The notes below the pieces were generated by a model that made no database searches, had not been told where the DNA came from, and was given only the letters and a program-made list of their open reading frames with translations. A program made the translations under genes and the position numbers. From positions 26,722,001 to 26,786,000 of the forward strand of contig OZ024752.1 in NCBI GenBank assembly GCA_964016885.1: a stretch of 64,000 nucleotides of DNA, given 5' to 3'. Shown here piece by piece: positions 1-15,955 of the stretch. This DNA is from Eledone cirrhosa. Lineage: Eukaryota. The first letter of the stretch is position 1. Each line of letters starts with the position of its first letter.

Positions 1-63
1 CACATATATACGTATATATATATATATACACAGATATACATATATATATATATACACATATAC

Positions 64-94
<31 letters not shown>

Positions 95-221
95 TACATA
101 TATATATATATATACACACATATATACATATATATACATATATACATGTACACATATATACATATATATATAAACATATACACATATATACATATATATA
201 CATATATACATATATATATAC

Positions 222-257
<36 letters not shown>

Positions 258-460
258 ATACATATATATATATATACACATATACATATACATATATATA
301 CACCTATATATATATACACACACATATATATATATATATATACACACATATATATATATATATACACATATATATATACACATATATACATATATATATA
401 CACATATATACATATATATATACATACACATATACATATATACATACACATATATACATA

Positions 461-496
<36 letters not shown>

Positions 497-504
497 CACA
501 TATA

Positions 505-630
505 CGTATGTTGATGCCCTAAGGACAGACACTGGTCTGTTGGTGTCGTAAGATATGGCAGCAATAATGAGGGAGAGAGACCGTTGGAGAGAACTCGTCC
601 ATGGATCTCGGGAATTTTACCCGCCTTAGA
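505..630 (+). mobile_element. 3' end fragment of an RTE-clade LINE inserted in (TA)n
   Basis: Encodes [39 protein letters not shown]; near-identical to the reverse complement of ~37540-37660. Confidence 0.7.
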
Positions 631-992
631 TAGATAGATACATATACATATATATATATATACACATATATACATATATATATATACATATATATATAAA
701 CATATATACATATATATATATATACACATATACATATGCACATATATACATATATATATATACACACATATACATATACATATACACATATATACATATA
801 TATATACACATATATACATATATATATACATATATATATATATATACACATATACATATATACACATATACATATATACACATATACATATATATATGCA
901 CATATACATATATACACATATACATATATATATACACATATACATATATACACATATATATATATACACATATATATATATACACATATATA

Positions 993-1721
993 TAAGTATG
1001 CATGTATACGTACATACATATATGTATACAGACGTACAGTAGCATGCACATATATATATATATATATATATACATATATACATACATATGCATACAGGTA
1101 CACATACATATATGCACGTATCAGTTTAGCGGCGCTAACGTCGCTTTGTTCGTTTGTAAACAAACTGAACAGCCTGAATTTATGCCATACGGTGTTAAGG
1201 CAACCACGTCACCTTTTTGTTCAACACTGACACAGGAACGATGTACTAGTTTCAAGCTTGTTAGCTATCATCAGCACCGTTTACCCATCTGCCAGATAGT
1301 TGAACGTTCGAAAGTATATACTTTCCTTATGAAAATTAACGGCTGAGCAGCCTAATTTGCATATTGAGTGAGTTAAATCGGTCAGGCATACCGAAAACGA
1401 TAAATTGAAACAAAATGAAAACGAAATTTCATTTCTCACTCTTAGTATGGCACTTACTTAAATGTAAGTATGCATGTATACGTACATACATATATGTATA
1501 CAGACGTACAGATGGGTAAACGGTGCTGATGATAGCTAACAAGCTTGAAACTAGTACATCGTTCCTGTGTCAGTGTTGAACAAAAAGGTGACGTGGTTGC
1601 CTTAACACCGTATGGCATAAATTCAGGCTGTTCAGTTTGTTTACAAACGAACAAAGCGACGTTAGCGCCGCTAAACTGATACGTGCATATATGTATGTGT
1701 ACCTGTATGCATATGTATGTA

Positions 1722-1754
<33 letters not shown>

Positions 1755-1870
1755 GTGCATGCTACTGTACGTCTGTATACATATATGTATGTACGTATAC
1801 ATGCATACTTACATTTAAGTAAGTGCCATAATAAGAGTGAGAAATGAAATTTCGTTTTCATTTTGTTTCA
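993..1870. mobile_element. Family A hammerhead retroelement: antisense ~1.1 unit plus sense partial unit, joined at CAG microhomology (1509-1511)
   Basis: Same unit as 42727-49180 (6-bp indel); hammerhead motifs at 1237-1281 (-) and 1519-1563 (+); flanked by TA/CA repeats. Confidence 0.85.
1519..1563 (+). ncRNA. Type I hammerhead ribozyme (family A)
   Basis: aacggtg-CTGATGA-t agct aaca agct t-GAAAC-TA-GTA-catcgtt: stem I, core, stem II and palindromic stem III (ACTAGT). Confidence 0.82.
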
Positions 1871-2471
1871 CATATATATATATATACACATATATATATA
1901 TACACACATATATATATATACACACATATATACATATATACACATATATACATATATACACATACACATATATATATATACACATATATACAAATATATA
2001 CACATATACATATACACATATATATATATATATATATACATATATATATACACATATATACACATATATACATATATATACACACACATATATATACACT
2101 TATATACACATATATACATATATATACACACATATATACACACATATATACATATATATATATACACATATATACATATATATATATATACACACATATA
2201 TATACACATATATACATACATATATATATACACACATATATATACACATATATACATACATATATATACACATATATACATATACACATATATATATATA
2301 TATATACAAATATATATACACACATAGATATATATATACATATATATATACACACATATATATATATACACATATATATATATACACATATATATATATA
2401 TACACATATATATATATACACATATACACACATATATATATATATATACACACATATATATATACATACAC

Positions 2472-2502
<31 letters not shown>

Positions 2503-2645
2503 TATATATACATACACATATATACACACATATACATATATATATATACACATATATATATATACACATATACATATATACATATATATACACACACATA
2601 TATATATATATACACATATACATATATACATATATACATATATAT

Positions 2646-2678
<33 letters not shown>

Positions 2679-4074
2679 CACATATATACATATATATATA
2701 TATACAACTATATACATATATATATATATACACATATATACATATATACATATATACACATATATACATATATATATGTATACACATATATACACATATA
2801 TACATATATACACATATATACACATATATATATACACATATATTCATATATATACATATATACACATATATACACATATATATATACACATATATACATA
2901 TATATATATACACACATATATACATACATATATATATACACATATATATATATATATATACACATACATATATATATACACATATATACATATATATATA
3001 CACATATATATACACATATATACATATATATATATACACATATATACACATATATATATACACATAATTATATACATATATACACATATATATATACACA
3101 TATATATATACACATATATATATACACATATATACATATATACACATATATATATACACATATATATATATATACATATATACATATATATATATATACA
3201 CATATATATATATATACATATATACACATATATATATATACATATATACAAATATATATATATACATATATACAAATATATATATATACATATATACAAA
3301 TATATATATATACATATATACACATATATATATATACATATATACACATATATATATATATACGTATATTCACATATATATATACATATATACATATATA
3401 TATATACGTATATTCACATATATATATATATACATATATACATATATACACATAAATATATATACATATATACATATATACACATATATATATACACATA
3501 TATACATATATACACATATATATATACACATATATACATATATATATATACACATATATACATATATATATATACACATATATATATACACATATATACA
3601 TATATATATACACATATATCCATATATATATACACATATATATATACATATATACACATATATATATACACACATATATATATATATATACATATATACA
3701 CATATATACATATACACATATATATATATACATATATACACATATATATATATCCATATATACAAATATATATATACATATATACACATATATATATATA
3801 CGTATATTCACATATATATATACATATATACACATATATATATACGTATATACACATATATATATACACACATATACATATATACACATATATATATACA
3901 CATATATACATATATATATATACACATATATACATATATATCTATATATATACACACATATATATACACATATATACATATATATATATACACATATATC
4001 CATATATATATATACACATATATCCATATATATATACACATATATATATATATATACACATATATATATACACA

Positions 4075-4106
<32 letters not shown>

Positions 4107-4125
4107 CACATATATATATAAACAC

Positions 4126-4158
<33 letters not shown>

Positions 4159-4203
4159 CATACATATATATATATAAACATACATATATATACATATGCA
4201 TAC

Positions 4204-4248
<45 letters not shown>

Positions 4249-4255
4249 TATATAC

Positions 4256-4286
<31 letters not shown>

Positions 4287-4365
4287 CATATATATAAATA
4301 TATACATATATATTTATATACATATATATATATACATATATATATATATACATATATATATATAC

Positions 4366-4442
<77 letters not shown>

Positions 4443-4457
4443 CATCTATATATATAC

Positions 4458-4552
<95 letters not shown>

Positions 4553-4561
4553 CATATTTAT

Positions 4562-7500
4562 TAAAATAACAGATTAAAGTTTAAGCAAAGAATCGCTGCT
4601 TTCACCCTTAACGGGATCTTCTGAAACTAACAAAGTCAATCTGTAAACGCAGAACTGGATATTTCAAACGTTGCAAACGGAGGAAGACAGGAAGACGATA
4701 CTTTGGTTCGTGGTAACGTTCGCTGGCAAAGAACGGGAAAAAACGAATATAATACGTCATTAATAGGAGCGGTGAAAAACAATTACGCGCAAAGACAGAA
4801 CCACGTTTATGGTATAAAAGAGGTCATAGACTAATGTTCTCTTAGGTGGTGCATGGAGACGTTCTCTGGCAATGAACATAAAAAACGAAGATAATACGTC
4901 ATATGTGGAGCATAGAGAACAATAGCACGCAAAGACAAAACCACGTAAATTGTATAGCAGAAGTCGTAAACTAATATTCTAACTAGGAGACCGAATGAAT
5001 CTCCGCTACAAAGTTAAGACCAGAGTAAATAAATACAATACAGACGTAATAGAAATAAATAAATACATACACGCAAACAAATACGTACATACACAAGCAA
5101 ACGCAAAACCTTACCATAGGTATACAAAACCACGCACATATAATATATGTGTGTGTGTATGCGTGTATACAAATAAAAAAATAATTATATAAACGTATAT
5201 AAATAAATAAATACGTATATAATAAGCGCACACACATACCTACATGTAAATACACGAATGTTCGGAGACGTAAGTCAACCAAAACATGAAGTACACATAT
5301 ACACACACTCTACATACGTACGAACCTGCATACTCACACAGACGCAAAACTCCCGTATACACATAGCCAAACCATATGTACCAGAATATATAAAAATTAT
5401 ACACCATAACAATCAAATATACGTACGAGAAAGTACACGTACCTTCACAAAACATACGGGTAATATATACTTACCTATGCAAATAAGTAAAGGTAATAAC
5501 AAAACATATACTTAGCTCCCACATCAAGACGTAAAATATCCACGTATAGATAGTACTATCCGTTAGGGTATAGCGTGGGTCTGTAATACAGGAAAGTTTT
5601 GTGCAATTTATGTCTACAAGCCGAAATTGCCTCATATTTTTTGTTTAAGATGTGGTCTGTGGCGTAGAGTATTTCCAGGGCCTCAGCGGCGCAGAGGTCA
5701 CATGGTCTTTTATTTCCGTTATACGATCTAGCCCTAGCTAGGATCTCCCAGTGTAACTTATATTGGGTGTGGTTGTCTTTTAGACTCCAGATATAAGCTG
5801 AAAGTGACGTCATATTCCTTCTGAGAGGGTAACGAAAAGAATGGGTATGCATGTAAAGACGCTGCTTGAATCTATTGGCGGTTAACCCTATGTAGGCCCT
5901 ACGGGACGTGGGTGTTACAACCTTACATTTGTAGATAATGTTACTAGAGAAGCATTTCCGGTATAGGGGCAATCAACCCGATTCCTACAATTACAGTTAG
6001 TACTATATATAGGGTTGCACGTGTTCCTACGGCTAGGTAGTTTAGCTAAATTTGAAGCTGTGATGTTATGTGCAAGGTTAGGAGTCGTAGAGTAAGAAAT
6101 TTTAATAGTATTTCTATTAAAAATTTTACTATATTTATGTGTAGGGGGAAAATGCTTCGTAATAAGGGAAAGAAAGATCTTAGCTAATGGTGTGGCCACC
6201 TCCATATTATATGGTGGGTTATACCAACAAATGCGACGGGATCTATTTCTTCTAGGTCTATTTTCGTACTCTGTATATGCTACCTTATCGACAAATCCAC
6301 TTCGAGCAAGAGCTTCATTGTAATAAGTGGAATGGTCGTTGAAAATACGCTCGTTGGTGGAAAGACGGGAAAGCCTCAACGAAACGTTTCTTACCGGGTT
6401 CTTGGTTATGCTGGCAGGATGATTGGGATGCTTACTTATGTAATTAAGCGTATCATTCGGCTTTCTATACGGGTAATACAACCCATTCAATAAATTGAGT
6501 GTAACGTCGAGGTAATTAACGACCGAGAGATTGCCCTCAACCTGTATAGAGAGGTTGAAGCCTTTAAAGAAGGCTGTGAGTTCTTTTCTGAACCTGTCGC
6601 AAGCACGAGGTCCGCACTTAGTCATGGTCAAAAGACCATCGTCACGGTACAAACCACCGCCCGCGTTGGGGAATTCGTCCTTGATAGAGAAAAGAAGGAA
6701 AAGGCCGATAAGATCAGTAACCTCCGCAGAATCACTGGCGCCCCTACTCACGTCGAATGGGGTACTATCGGATTTTTTAATCCAAATAGAGTCGTCGAAA
6801 TTAAGGGGAAATGGTAAAGTAATGGAGGAGTAGTAATTGTTGATGTCGAATTGGATAAAACGGCAATATTCCTTGTTACATATGCCGTTGAACCAATCAA
6901 TCACCGCGAAAGAATTGTTCCACAGTGCAAGAGGGGGCCAAACTACTAATTTCAGGTATAATTCTATCAAGAATCGTTTTACTAAGTCTACCTAAATCGG
7001 ACTTCGTAGGGTTAATAAGCCGATAGAGAGGTTGTTCGGAAAATTGGATTTGTGATCCTTCAGGGTAAAGTGGGGAGAAATAGGGTCCAGAGGTTTGGTC
7101 CGGTCCAGGATGTTGAGATCAGATGTGATTTTACACCCAGCATCGTTGATTTCATTGATGACGCACCGATTAGTTTTACGGTAATCCTTAGTTACAGCAT
7201 TATGTAGTAGTTGATGGTAAGTACTGCGCTCCACTTGATATAGGTTGCCAGTTTTGTCGGAATGGACGTGCACGGCATTAGAATCCTTAATAGAACGAAT
7301 TCTATTCTTCAGGTCTAGCTGGAAGGAATTGCTCCTATTCCGAAATTTGATACTCCGAATGAGTTCCAAGACATCATTTTCGACGGGTAGCAATGCTGGG
7401 TAACACGGGGGGTTATTATAGGTTTTAAATCCTAATTTATCCTGTTTGTTGTCTGCTTTTCGCGGATTATCGATATAAAAGGCACGCCAACGCAACCTTT

Positions 7501-7608
7501 TAATGAACGCGTGTTTTCTGTATCAGAAGTTTTAGGTATGTTTTCCTGCTTGGTACGGGTATGTTCTTTGTAGAAATATTCAGATGTTGTTTCTGCATGA
7601 TGAATAAT
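4562..7608 (-). mobile_element. Decayed near-full-length Penelope-like element (RT + C-terminal GIY-YIG endonuclease), inserted in (TA)n
   Basis: Frameshifted ORF pieces: [48 protein letters not shown], linker CNCRNRVDC, IIYKC..YIGLT..FKQRLYMH; 3' non-coding region ~4562-5555. Confidence 0.93.
5556..7598 (-). pseudogene. Penelope-like RT/GIY-YIG ORF disrupted by frameshifts and stops
   Basis: Track ORFs 6992-7495, 5915-6970 and 5556-5972 are consecutive pieces of one protein in different frames. Confidence 0.9.
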
Positions 7609-7618
7609 ATATATATAC

Positions 7619-7651
<33 letters not shown>

Positions 7652-7652
7652 C

Positions 7653-7751
<99 letters not shown>

Positions 7752-7851
7752 CATATATATATATATGTACATATATATATATGTACATATATATATATAT
7801 GTACATATATATATATATATATACATATATATATACATATATAAAACATAC

Positions 7852-7886
<35 letters not shown>

Positions 7887-7895
7887 CATATATAC

Positions 7896-7978
<83 letters not shown>

Positions 7979-7987
7979 CATATATAC

Positions 7988-8042
<55 letters not shown>

Positions 8043-8198
8043 CTTATATACATATATACATATATATATATACATATATATATACATATATATATACATA
8101 TACACATATATACACATATATATATATACATATATATATACACATATATATATATATACATATATACATATATATATACATATATATACATACCCAGA

Positions 8199-11100
8199 GT
8201 GGCCGCCGCTGACACCAGACCAGGTGTCATACCGACAGCCATTACTGGCACCCCAAAAGTCACACCAGTGCTGCTGCTGAATGTCAGGGGCCTGGTGAAA
8301 CTCAGCAACATGAGCAAAATTTCCTACCTGGGAGACTTAGCCATAAGCAATCAAGCACTATGCATGGCACTAACCGAAATGCGCCTGACAAGCAGTATAG
8401 CAGATGCAGAAATACATATACCGAAATATACTGTATTTCGTTCGGACAGGAAGGAGAGAACTCATGGTGGGGTTGCTCTGTATATCCGTGAAGATGTCAC
8501 ACCAATTGTACTGTTGACACATTCATACTCAGTCTGTGACACACTGATAATACATATGAAGCAACTACAGACGGTAATATGTGTCACATATCGGCCGCCC
8601 GATGCCCCCAGTCATGAGGGCAAATTTGAGCATAGCCTAAGTAGGATAGAAGAGGTCCTTGACAAACTGGACCAGGGTCTCAACATCCTACTGCTGGGAG
8701 ACTTCAACCTACCAAAGGTCAAATGGCCTGAGGGCCACCTCCTCCCTGGAATGACGTCAATAGAACAGAGACAGACGGAATCCCTGCTGGCCCTCACACA
8801 CAGGCTGTTCATGGAGCAAGCAATACTCCTCCCAACAAGAGGCGAAAATGTCCTGGACCTCTATTTTACAAACAACGAAGTGCTCATCCACAATGTAAAG
8901 GTGACACCAACAATTCTCTCGGATCATAACTTAGTAGAGCTAATGATATGTGGTCCAAGAGAACCAACAGAGACAAAACATCCAAGAAGCTCCGGGACGC
9001 TATCCAACCTTAACTTCTACAAGGCTAACTGGAAAAAGATTAAGAGTGAAATCCGGAAGCAAACATGGGGTGAAAACACCGCCACACAAGACACTAACAC
9101 ACAATTTCAACACTTCATGACAGCGATACACACCATATGCAAAAAGTGTGTCCCGGAGAAAGAGGCAAACAGACACAAAAATCTTATTCCCAGAGATAGG
9201 AAAATCCTTATGAGACGTAGAACTAAACTCTCAAACCAGTTGAATAGTCAACAAAACCAAAACAAGAAGGAATCCTATTTGAAACGTGCACTACTTGACA
9301 CCGAGATTGCACTCAAACTTTCACATGAGAATGAGAGGGCAAAGAAAGAGAACAGGGCCATAGAAAACATTAAAACAAACCCTAAGGCCTTCTTTAAATT
9401 TGCAAAAGAAACTGCCTCAGTACACTGCAAGATTGGACCACTCTTCCACACGGACGGTTCATTAACCGAAAATCCCCAAGAGATATGTGAAATACTGAAC
9501 GAACAGTACAAAAGTGTCTTCACATGTCCACTGAGGCACATGCAAATAACGAAGCCAGAGGAGTTCTTTGATGCCACAACACTACATCAAGAAATGGCAA
9601 CCATCAACCACATAGACATAACGGAGGAGGATGTGGTGTACGCCATTGATGAAATTAGAACAGACTCGGCTGCTGGACCTGATGGATTCCCAGCAGTTCT
9701 CCTAAAAATATGTAAGCGGGCCTTAGCAACTCCACTGAAGATGCTCTTCAGAAGCTCCTTGGCTAGCGGTGTACTACCCAGGGAGCTGAAAGAAGGCACA
9801 ATATGCCCTATCCATAAAGGAGGTAGTAGAGCGGAGGCCAAGAACTATAGGCCAGTCTCCCTGACGTCGCATATCAGTAAGGTCATGGAGCGAGTCGTCA
9901 GAAAGAAACTAATCACTTTCCTCGAAGAAAATGACCGCCTGACTAGCACGCAACATGGCTTCCACCCAGGAAGAAGCTGCCTTACACAGCTGCTACATCA
10001 CTACGACTGGGTACTGAGACAACTACTAGACAGCTCACATGTGGACGTGATATATCTTGACTTTGCGAAGGCCTTTGACAAGGTCGACCACGGAATGATA
10101 TGTCACAAACTACACGGACTCGGCATAACTGGAAAAGTAGGTGAGTGGCTGCATGGCTTCCTAAGGGACAGAAGCCAGGCAGTCGCAGCAAATGGGGCCC
10201 TCTCGAGGGAAACACCGATAGCAAGTGGGGTGCCCCAGGGGACAGTCCTGGGACCACTACTGTTTTTGGTGGCTCTCTCGGACATGCCCTCTGTGGTGCA
10301 TGCAACAACATCCCTCACTAGCTATGCTGATGACACTAAGGTAGCACAGGCAATCAAAAACCCGGCTGACGCTGCCCTCTTACAGCAGGATCTGGATGCC
10401 ATATACAGATGGGCGGAAGAAAACAACATGCAGTTTAATGCTGGCAAATTCCAAGCCCTACAATACAAACTTGCAAACACAAATATAGTGGAACACAGCT
10501 ACACAGGACCAGGAGGGACCGATATCCCCGTGTCAAAATCGATACGAGACCTGGGCATAGACATGAACGATGATGCATCTTTTTCTTCACACATCATGAA
10601 AGTGGCGACAACATGTAGACGATTCGCTGGCTGGATCTTGAGGACTTTCCTTACAAGAGATCGAGACACCATGTTGACAATGTGGAGGACTTTTGTCCTA
10701 AGCCGCCTGGACTACTGCTCCCAGCTGTGGTCACCCCATAGTGTCAAACTAACCACGGAGCTTGAGGCAATCCAGCGAAGCTACACCAAGAGGATTGCCA
10801 AGATGAGGGAGACAAGCTACTGGGAGAGGCTAAAGGAACTGAACCTCTACTCCTTGGAGCGAAGACGGGAGAGATACGCAGTGATCTACATGTGGAAAAT
10901 CCTAGAGCGACTAGCACCAAACTTTGGCATTGGGAGCTGGACCAACCGTCGAACAGGACGTCACTGTGTGGTGCCAAAGGTCCCGTCTTCCACATCTAGA
11001 ATAAGGAGCAGGTATTGCAATAGCCTCGGATTCAAGGGCCCTCAACTCTTCAACAGGCTGCCGAGGCATCTGAGAGACTTGCATGACGTGGAGGTGGATG

Positions 11101-11234
11101 TCTTTAAGAAACATCTCGACACCTTGTTATCCAGGATCCCGGATGAGCCCACAGCAAGACACAAGGGAAACCTAAGGGCAGCAGCAACAAACTCCCTCCT
11201 ACACCAGTGGCCAACCTATACAGGCTGGAGATAA
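8199..11234 (+). CDS. LINE ORF2 (APE endonuclease + reverse transcriptase), CR1/L2/Jockey group; uninterrupted, likely 5'-truncated element spanning ~8192-11318
   Basis: 1011-aa ORF with [72 protein letters not shown]; A-rich 3' tail into (TA)n. Confidence 0.96.
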   Translation: MAAADTRPGVIPTAITGTPKVTPVLLLNVRGLVKLSNMSKISYLGDLAISNQALCMALTEMRLTSSIADAEIHIPKYTVFRSDRKERTHGGVALYIREDVTPIVLLTHSYSVCDTLIIHMKQLQTVICVTYRPPDAPSHEGKFEHSLSRIEEVLDKLDQGLNILLLGDFNLPKVKWPEGHLLPGMTSIEQRQTESLLALTHRLFMEQAILLPTRGENVLDLYFTNNEVLIHNVKVTPTILSDHNLVELMICGPREPTETKHPRSSGTLSNLNFYKANWKKIKSEIRKQTWGENTATQDTNTQFQHFMTAIHTICKKCVPEKEANRHKNLIPRDRKILMRRRTKLSNQLNSQQNQNKKESYLKRALLDTEIALKLSHENERAKKENRAIENIKTNPKAFFKFAKETASVHCKIGPLFHTDGSLTENPQEICEILNEQYKSVFTCPLRHMQITKPEEFFDATTLHQEMATINHIDITEEDVVYAIDEIRTDSAAGPDGFPAVLLKICKRALATPLKMLFRSSLASGVLPRELKEGTICPIHKGGSRAEAKNYRPVSLTSHISKVMERVVRKKLITFLEENDRLTSTQHGFHPGRSCLTQLLHHYDWVLRQLLDSSHVDVIYLDFAKAFDKVDHGMICHKLHGLGITGKVGEWLHGFLRDRSQAVAANGALSRETPIASGVPQGTVLGPLLFLVALSDMPSVVHATTSLTSYADDTKVAQAIKNPADAALLQQDLDAIYRWAEENNMQFNAGKFQALQYKLANTNIVEHSYTGPGGTDIPVSKSIRDLGIDMNDDASFSSHIMKVATTCRRFAGWILRTFLTRDRDTMLTMWRTFVLSRLDYCSQLWSPHSVKLTTELEAIQRSYTKRIAKMRETSYWERLKELNLYSLERRRERYAVIYMWKILERLAPNFGIGSWTNRRTGRHCVVPKVPSSTSRIRSRYCNSLGFKGPQLFNRLPRHLRDLHDVEVDVFKKHLDTLLSRIPDEPTARHKGNLRAAATNSLLHQWPTYTGWR

Positions 11235-11739
11235 AATGTGTAGCAACAAGGGCGGTGCCCAAGCATGGCTTCAGCCGGATGGCTGAAACAGGTAAAAGAG
11301 TAAAAAAATAAAAGAATACATATATATATATATATATATACATTAGCCGTCGAAACGGCTTGAGCTCTTACTGGTTCCTATATACATATATATATACATA
11401 TATATATATACATATATACATGTATATACATATATAAATATATATACATATATATACATATATATATACATATATACATATATGTATACATATATACATA
11501 TATGTATACATATATACATATATATATACATATATATATACATATATATATATATACATATATATACATATATATACATATATATACATACATATATATA
11601 CATATATATACATATATATACATATATATACATACATATATATACATATATATACATATATATACATATATATACATATATATACATATATATACATATA
11701 TATACATATATATATACATATATATATATACATATATAC

Positions 11740-11770
<31 letters not shown>

Positions 11771-11855
11771 CATATATATATACATATATATACATATATA
11801 TATACATATATATATACATATATACATATATATATACATATATATATACATATAT

Positions 11856-11938
<83 letters not shown>

Positions 11939-11947
11939 CATATATAC

Positions 11948-12038
<91 letters not shown>

Positions 12039-12370
12039 TACATATATATATATATACTAGCTGTTTAGCCCGGCGTTGCTCGGGTTTGTTCATTTGCTAT
12101 GAAAAGTTACATACAGGTAAACGTGGTTTGAAAGCGAATAAGCTTATCAATTAAGTGCATAAAGCAGTTGAACCGGTTATTAAAAGTTACGAACCAATTA
12201 GCATTTTGGTCAATCAATGATGGGTTAATAATCTTCCAATAGCGAATTTAGTAGACCAAAGTTGCAAGATGGTGGCCCTGATGCCGCTGGGTGTCAGATC
12301 TGTCCGCCATGGGATACCCTACCAGGAAATAGTGTTCCAGACGGCATAGCTCCAACACCTGCACCAACAT

Positions 12371-13640
12371 CTATAGCACCTCTTTGTAGACGATATTGCG
12401 TGTCATCCCTTGAGGAGAGTAAGCAAAAAGTTCATTCCTGCTCCCTGCGCGGGAACAGGCAACATAAAGTTGGCCATGGGAGAAGCGTGGCTCCCCCAAA
12501 TGGATGCCCGCCACCGACAATGTTTGCCCTTGTGACTTGTTAATGGACATGACAAAACATGGTCTCACCGGGAATTGGGATCGCCGGAAATCGAACGGGA
12601 TATCTGACGCCGAGGGGAAAAGTTTCATCCTTGGAATGAAAACATTCTCCCCTCTTCCGCACCCCGTTACAATGGTGGCCTCAATCAAGTGGGTGTCAGT
12701 GACTTGACGACCATGCGATTACTGTTGCACTGCTTTGGTGGACGCAAGTTCCTTATTAGCATAATGGGACAGCCAACCCTAAGCTTAATAATGTGAGGTG
12801 GGAGCCCTGGGTGCTCAAGGAGATTTAATAACTCAACCGGATAATTAACGATATAGTCGGGGTCTGATTTGAAGATGTGCTCTTTACCGGGAATCTTCTC
12901 AATCAGCTGCTCGTTAATAAAATTAACCATGGTATTTTTCGGAGCAAGGATGGCTCTTTCGCTGAGCCAATCGAGGTTTTTAAAGTTAGATGAGACATTA
13001 GGAAAAACTGCTTCCCAAAGGTCAGAAGGGCTGCTCACAATGTTGCACAGGGTGTCGATTGCTATGCCGCCCTTGTCATCCGCAGGGATCATGCCCTCAC
13101 CAAGTGCTAAAATGTTCTGTGCTGCAGACATGTTGTCACCATGCAAATGAGCACGCATATTTGTGCTCAGGTACAAACTATTCACCTGGAGCCACAACAT
13201 GGACGACTTAAGACAGGCACGCACTTCATCAGCTCTTGTCCATTTGGGGATGACAGGCAGCGTTTTCCGAAAATCCCCTGATAGCAGAAGGGTTACGCCA
13301 CCCATAGGAGCCGTAAAATCCCTAATGTCTTTCCGGGCCCTGTCCAATGCCTCAAGGGAACCCTTGTGTGCCATTGTGCACTCATCCCAAACAATGAGGC
13401 AACATCTTTTGAGACCCAGAGCTTTGTGTGAACTCTTGCTGATATTGCATGTTGGTGTCTCAGTTTTTACTAAATCCAAAGGGAGTATAAAGGTTGAATG
13501 TGCTGTCCTGCCTCCCGGCAGCAAAGTAGCAGCGATCCCGGACGATGCAACGGACAACGCAACTTTTTTCTCCTGACGAATCTTAGCGAGAATCAAATTC
13601 CTTACAAAAGTTTTTCCGGTACCCCAGGAGCGTTTTTATT
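12371..13640 (-). pseudogene. Helitron Pif1-family helicase domain, frameshifted
   Basis: ASSGIAATLLPGGRTAHS, WDECTM, LLSGDFR, RAILAPKN, LRVGCPIMLIRNL, RSQFPV..MSINKSQGQTL..HGQLYVACSR. Confidence 0.92.
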
Positions 13641-13664
13641 GGGGGGATCAGGGGAATTTTTTTT

Positions 13665-14393
13665 TTACCTTGAGGTATAACCAGTAAGTAGTTCCTTCAA
13701 AGGCTCTGGTGGTTCCGTAAGAGGGGGCAAGGTGACCTTACCGTTTAAGCAGCACATTGCAGGTGGCTCCCCAGCCCACTTTGTAGCATTGCAGAATTGG
13801 CAATTGAAGCGCATCTCGCCTATATTTATGTCAGAGCGCATCGAGTAATTAACGTTTTGCTCATACTTGAAAGCCCGTAGGTGCCAGTAAGGGCTGTTAG
13901 GGCTCGTCACACCGCGTGCAGCTTCTCGCCGTCGACTGTTACGCTTGAACGTAGAACATTGGTCGTGTGGTTGGTGGGAAGGTCTGGCAGCAATAGCAGA
14001 AGCAACATTTGCAATGCTAATGGACCGCCCGTCTGCACCTTCAGAAGCCATGGAAGTAGTCATAGCCGCAGCGTTCGTAGGAAGGCGAGCCGTCCGTTGT
14101 TTTAAACGTTCCAAAGACCTGGAAGCAGCATTAGTCGCATCGTTTCTAGCCAGGCGCTTCGACCTTTGTTCACGGCTCTCTGAAGCCCTGGAAGAAGCCT
14201 GGTATGAAGCAATTTTGGCTAGGCGTGCGGTGCGCTGTTGGAAACTTTCAGCGGCTCGACATTCTGCTGAACGTAAGGCTGTCTGTGAAAGTCTTGAAGC
14301 ATTTTCCTCAGAGGACTCGTTTGCTATAGTAGCCTTTTGCGCCACTGCTGACGCGGTATGTCGACTGAGGCAACTTCTCTTTTTAGGTGGCAT
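13665..14393 (-). pseudogene. Helitron RepHel N-terminal region (MPPKKR, coiled repeats, Cys-rich Zn-finger-like motif); Rep/HUH domain deleted
   Basis: CQFCNATKWAGEPPAMCCLNGKVTLPPL is typical of animal Helitron N-termini; the helicase starts <100 bp downstream. Confidence 0.8.
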
Positions 14394-14866
14394 TTTATGT
14401 CCAAAAGAAAGGGTGGAAGTTACTTCTACATAAAAATTGACTTTGAAAGTCTACTGACTGTTTATGAATATTGTTATTGTTGTTGTGATACAAATGTTAG
14501 TAAGTAAATGGGTTTCGAAAAATAAAGGGTGAAAGTTACTTCAACATAAAAATTGACTTTGAAAGTATAAGGCTGATAATTGAATGTAAAAAAGATTGGT
14601 AAGAAAGGCCCCCCCCCCCCCAAAAAAAAATGTACAGGTATTTGTATGTATGTGTGTATTTTTATGTCTAAAAGAAAGGGTTAAAGTTACTTCTACAGAA
14701 AAATTTAGTTTGAAAGTGTAAGGCCGATGTGTGTGTAAATTAAGTGACAGGTATTTGTATGTATGTGTGTATATGTATCTATGTGTGTATGAAAAAGTAA
14801 GGCCGATGTGTGTGTAAATTAAGTGACAGGTATTTGTATGTATGTGTGTATATGTATGTATGTGTG

Positions 14867-14898
<32 letters not shown>

Positions 14899-15591
14899 TT
14901 AAAGGTTGAAAGTTACTTCAACATAAAAATTGACTTTGAAAGTATAAGGCTGATAATTGAATGTAAAAATATTGATAAGAAAGGCCCCCCCAAAAAACTT
15001 TACAGGTCTTTGTATGTATGTGTGTATTTTTATGTCGAAAATAAAGGGTTAAAGTTACTTATACAGAAAAATATAGTTTGAAAGTGTAAGGCCGATTGAA
15101 AAACTTACAGTTTAGTAAATGAAAGTCAGCTTCGAAATGGAGTTTGAACGCGCTAATACAAACACACACATGCTATTGTTATTTCTAAAACAAATTGTGT
15201 ATGCGTTGATTGATTGAAATTCCCGCGTTCCTGTTTCTATGACGTCAATCGTAACCATACCAACATATATGTGTGTGTATGCACCCACATATATGTGTGT
15301 ATATGTGTTTTTTTAATGTTTCTCTTTTTCACAAACACTTATAAGAGAAGGTAGAGTAGATATAGGAAACGTATATCATATGAGAGAGAAATCATCGATT
15401 GTTGAAATAAATCGATTTTTTCGTTAATTGTGGCATTTTTTACCCAATAAGTTCGCCCATGACCCAAGTTAGAATATTTGTAAACATTCTGCTTAATTAT
15501 TCATTCAATATTTTTGGAATTGTGTAAATATATAAAATTGAAACATACATACAGACACAAAAATCTCCCTTTTATAGATAATGATACATAT

Positions 15592-15955
<364 letters not shown>

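Larger units (their letters stand above)
1..4560. repeat. (TA)n/(TACA)n/(CA)n compound microsatellite field with embedded insertions at 505-630 and 993-1870; similar tracts recur throughout the window
   Basis: Directly visible alternating TA/CA runs; they generate the spurious IYIY/YIHI ORFs. Confidence 0.99.
12057..15584 (-). mobile_element. Helitron, internally deleted (non-autonomous)
   Basis: Minus strand A|TC start at 15584; 3' GC hairpin cccgagcaacgccggg then CTAG|T at 12057; RepHel N-terminus with Cys cluster abuts Pif1-like helicase; subterminal repeats 14405-15090. Confidence 0.93.

Noticed and set aside
4590-4630. Hammerhead in the Penelope 3' region (minus CAGAAGA-tccc gttaa gggt-GAAA)
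   Set aside because: Core mutated and stems I and III not recoverable; at best a decayed relic
8612-11114. Antisense ORFs within the LINE, Helitron and Tx1 coding regions
   Set aside because: Shadow frames of real transposon ORFs
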